From Cenococcum geophilum (lineage: Eukaryota), in contig CP158635.1 in assembly GCA_050273025.1 (NCBI GenBank), positions 6,014,001 through 6,078,000 of the forward strand: a stretch of DNA of 64,000 bases. Reading direction: 5' to 3'. Below the pieces are notes generated by a model. It was not told the origin of the DNA, did not search any database, and worked only from the letters and a program-made list of their open reading frames with translations. Made by a program: the position numbers and the translations under genes. This document shows, piece by piece, positions 62,122-64,000 of the stretch (positions within the stretch are counted from its first letter, which is position 1; every line of letters starts with the position of its first letter).

Positions 62122-63168
62122 TTTGAGGTGATAGAATTTACGAGTTGGCATTGCTTTGGAGTTTGGGGGTTGATTTTGGTCTGCATGATGATACTCACCA
62201 TCTTGGCTCGTGAACAGATCTTTGGAGGTCTTGCGATGGAGAGTTGGGTTGTTTTGTATTTTGAAAACAAGAAAAAATACTCCTCCTTTACAGAGAGAAC
62301 ACTTTTCAACATGGCAAATTCGCATTGTCACAAATGATGTATGCTCCCTGACTCTCACTATTGATACTATCAGCCTGGCCTTTTTTTGCTAATGTTGCTA
62401 TGACTAAATTTTCGCCCTTTCTCGTTTCATACCCTTTTCGTATGAGCAAACGGTATATCTGGCTGTTTAACTGTTGTGGAGAGACTTAAATGTTTTGATA
62501 TCTTCTGGGCATTATCTGGGGGTAAGTATTTGAGTGTTGGAAGTTTTGAGGTTTACTAAATTAAGAAGCTGCCGGCGTCAATTTCAATATTAATATGTCT
62601 GCTGGAAGCGCGGCTTCTCCCAGGAGCAACACCCCGCTTGTCAGAGAATCTTACCTACTTTCTTGATGCGGAGGCAGTGGCCTTCTGTGCCTTCATTGTG
62701 CGATATTGTGAAACAGTTCCCCCCGGGCGAGCATAATCAACTAATAGATTTATTTGAGTATACTGCTGCCACTGGAAGGCCCAACAGTCACACCGACCTT
62801 TGGTTCGCCTCCGAAACTTGCCTATCTTTGGATGAATGCCAAACGCATTGCGTACATTTTGTGCTCCAAATGTCCAATGAAGACGCGGCGTCAGGCGGGC
62901 GTCCGAGACTCCCAGCATCCGAGTCATCGGCAGCCATGCTCGCTTAAAATGGCCGCTCTCTTACCTTGTTAGGCGGCTGCTGCGACGCGACGACGCCGCC
63001 CCCTTGCAGCAATTGGCGAGAGGGTCGTTGGCTTGTCCCATATGAGACTCACGAATCTGCTCGGTTTCCTACTTCCCAGCTTTTGGTCTTTCAGATTATC
63101 GGCTCAATTATAGCGGCACTTCCATATCTGGATTACTTCAAGAACAACCGAGAGCACATTCCTTAAAC

Positions 63169-63919
63169 ATGTTTGCAACAACCCATTTTTCGAAACCTAT
63201 CTCCTTCTCTCGCTTTCAGCGCTTCTTCCTTATCGTCGCATTAATCCTCAACGGCATCGTCCTTCTCTACAAATTCGGCCCGAGAGGCTGGCTGCTACCG
63301 ACTTCAGTAAGTAAAGCAACTCTTCGCCTCGCTAAATCACGTGCGCTAAACGGTTCCAAAAGCAATTCGAAGCCTTCGTGCCAGCCGCGAGAGTTGTGGC
63401 CTGGGAGCAGTGATGGAATGATGTGCTTGCTCCGAGGAGTTGCTACTTTAGCTTAACTCCTCCTGTACCTAGAGCCGCATGAGTGACGGCTCGTAGGTCT
63501 GAGGCGTGTTGAGCGCCTATGGATCCAAGTGATGGAAAACTGAGAATATCAGATTCTCAATTGGGGTGGTTGACCGTTTGGCCCACCCCGCGCTTCGATC
63601 CATGGAGTTGTCTTTTATATCATCATTCCATCTGTCAACTGCGAAATCCACGATCTCTACCGCAAGTTCCTCGCAGTTACGCGTGTTGGACCGGAATTTG
63701 TCGCAGATCGGATTGGTCGCCTTGGAAGAAAGGAGTTGGGCCACGTTGGATGTTGTCCTGGAGGTTCGATTGCCGAATCTTTACCAGGAGATAAGCGGTT
63801 GGGCAGGGAATCCTAGTCGAAGTTTGAGGGCCTCCAGACTAGGATACAGGGAATTGTATGCTATTGGACTGAGTAAAACGTACTCGCTGATTCAGGAGCT
63901 GATAAATGAGTTAGAATAG
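63169..63919 (+). other. Possible gene or gene relic with an N-terminal membrane anchor
   Basis: ATG ORF with hydrophobic FFLIVALILNGIVLLY followed by a GTAAGT donor; downstream frames are fragmentary and no family was recognised. Confidence 0.3.
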
Positions 63920-64000
63920 CAATTCTTTTGCCATTGTGTATGTCTAGAAGAGGCAATCAACCCACAGGTACTGCTCCCCAAAAGCCTCAACAAAATCCAT

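Overview
Filamentous ascomycete (Pezizomycotina) genomic DNA. AT-rich, RIP-mutated transposon blocks (about 1-28.7 kb and 44.0-50.8 kb, recognised by TpA excess, CpA/TpG loss and TAA/TAG stops) alternate with normal gene-rich sequence. The first block can be resolved through its target-site duplications (TSDs). On the left, a Copia element sits inside an oppositely oriented Copia, which sits in a Gypsy remnant. Next, a 5'-truncated Tad1-like LINE (14-bp TSD) is interrupted by chromoviral Gypsy A (5-bp TSD). Gypsy A contains a second Gypsy (B, 5-bp TSD) and two inverted copies of an unusual TA-flanked TIR element built largely from five different tandem-repeat arrays. Gypsy B carries an antisense, two-intron gene with a six-cysteine zinc-cluster-like motif. 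The gene-rich part holds a HET-domain gene, tRNA-Leu(TAA), a very long coiled-coil gene with an apparent frameshift, a single-pass membrane protein, Rap1 with an internal HMG-box-like segment head-to-head with the DHHC palmitoyltransferase SWF1, two damaged oxidoreductase genes, a RING-H2 gene, several MITEs and a full-length RIPed LINE. All calls were made by eye; no database searches were run.
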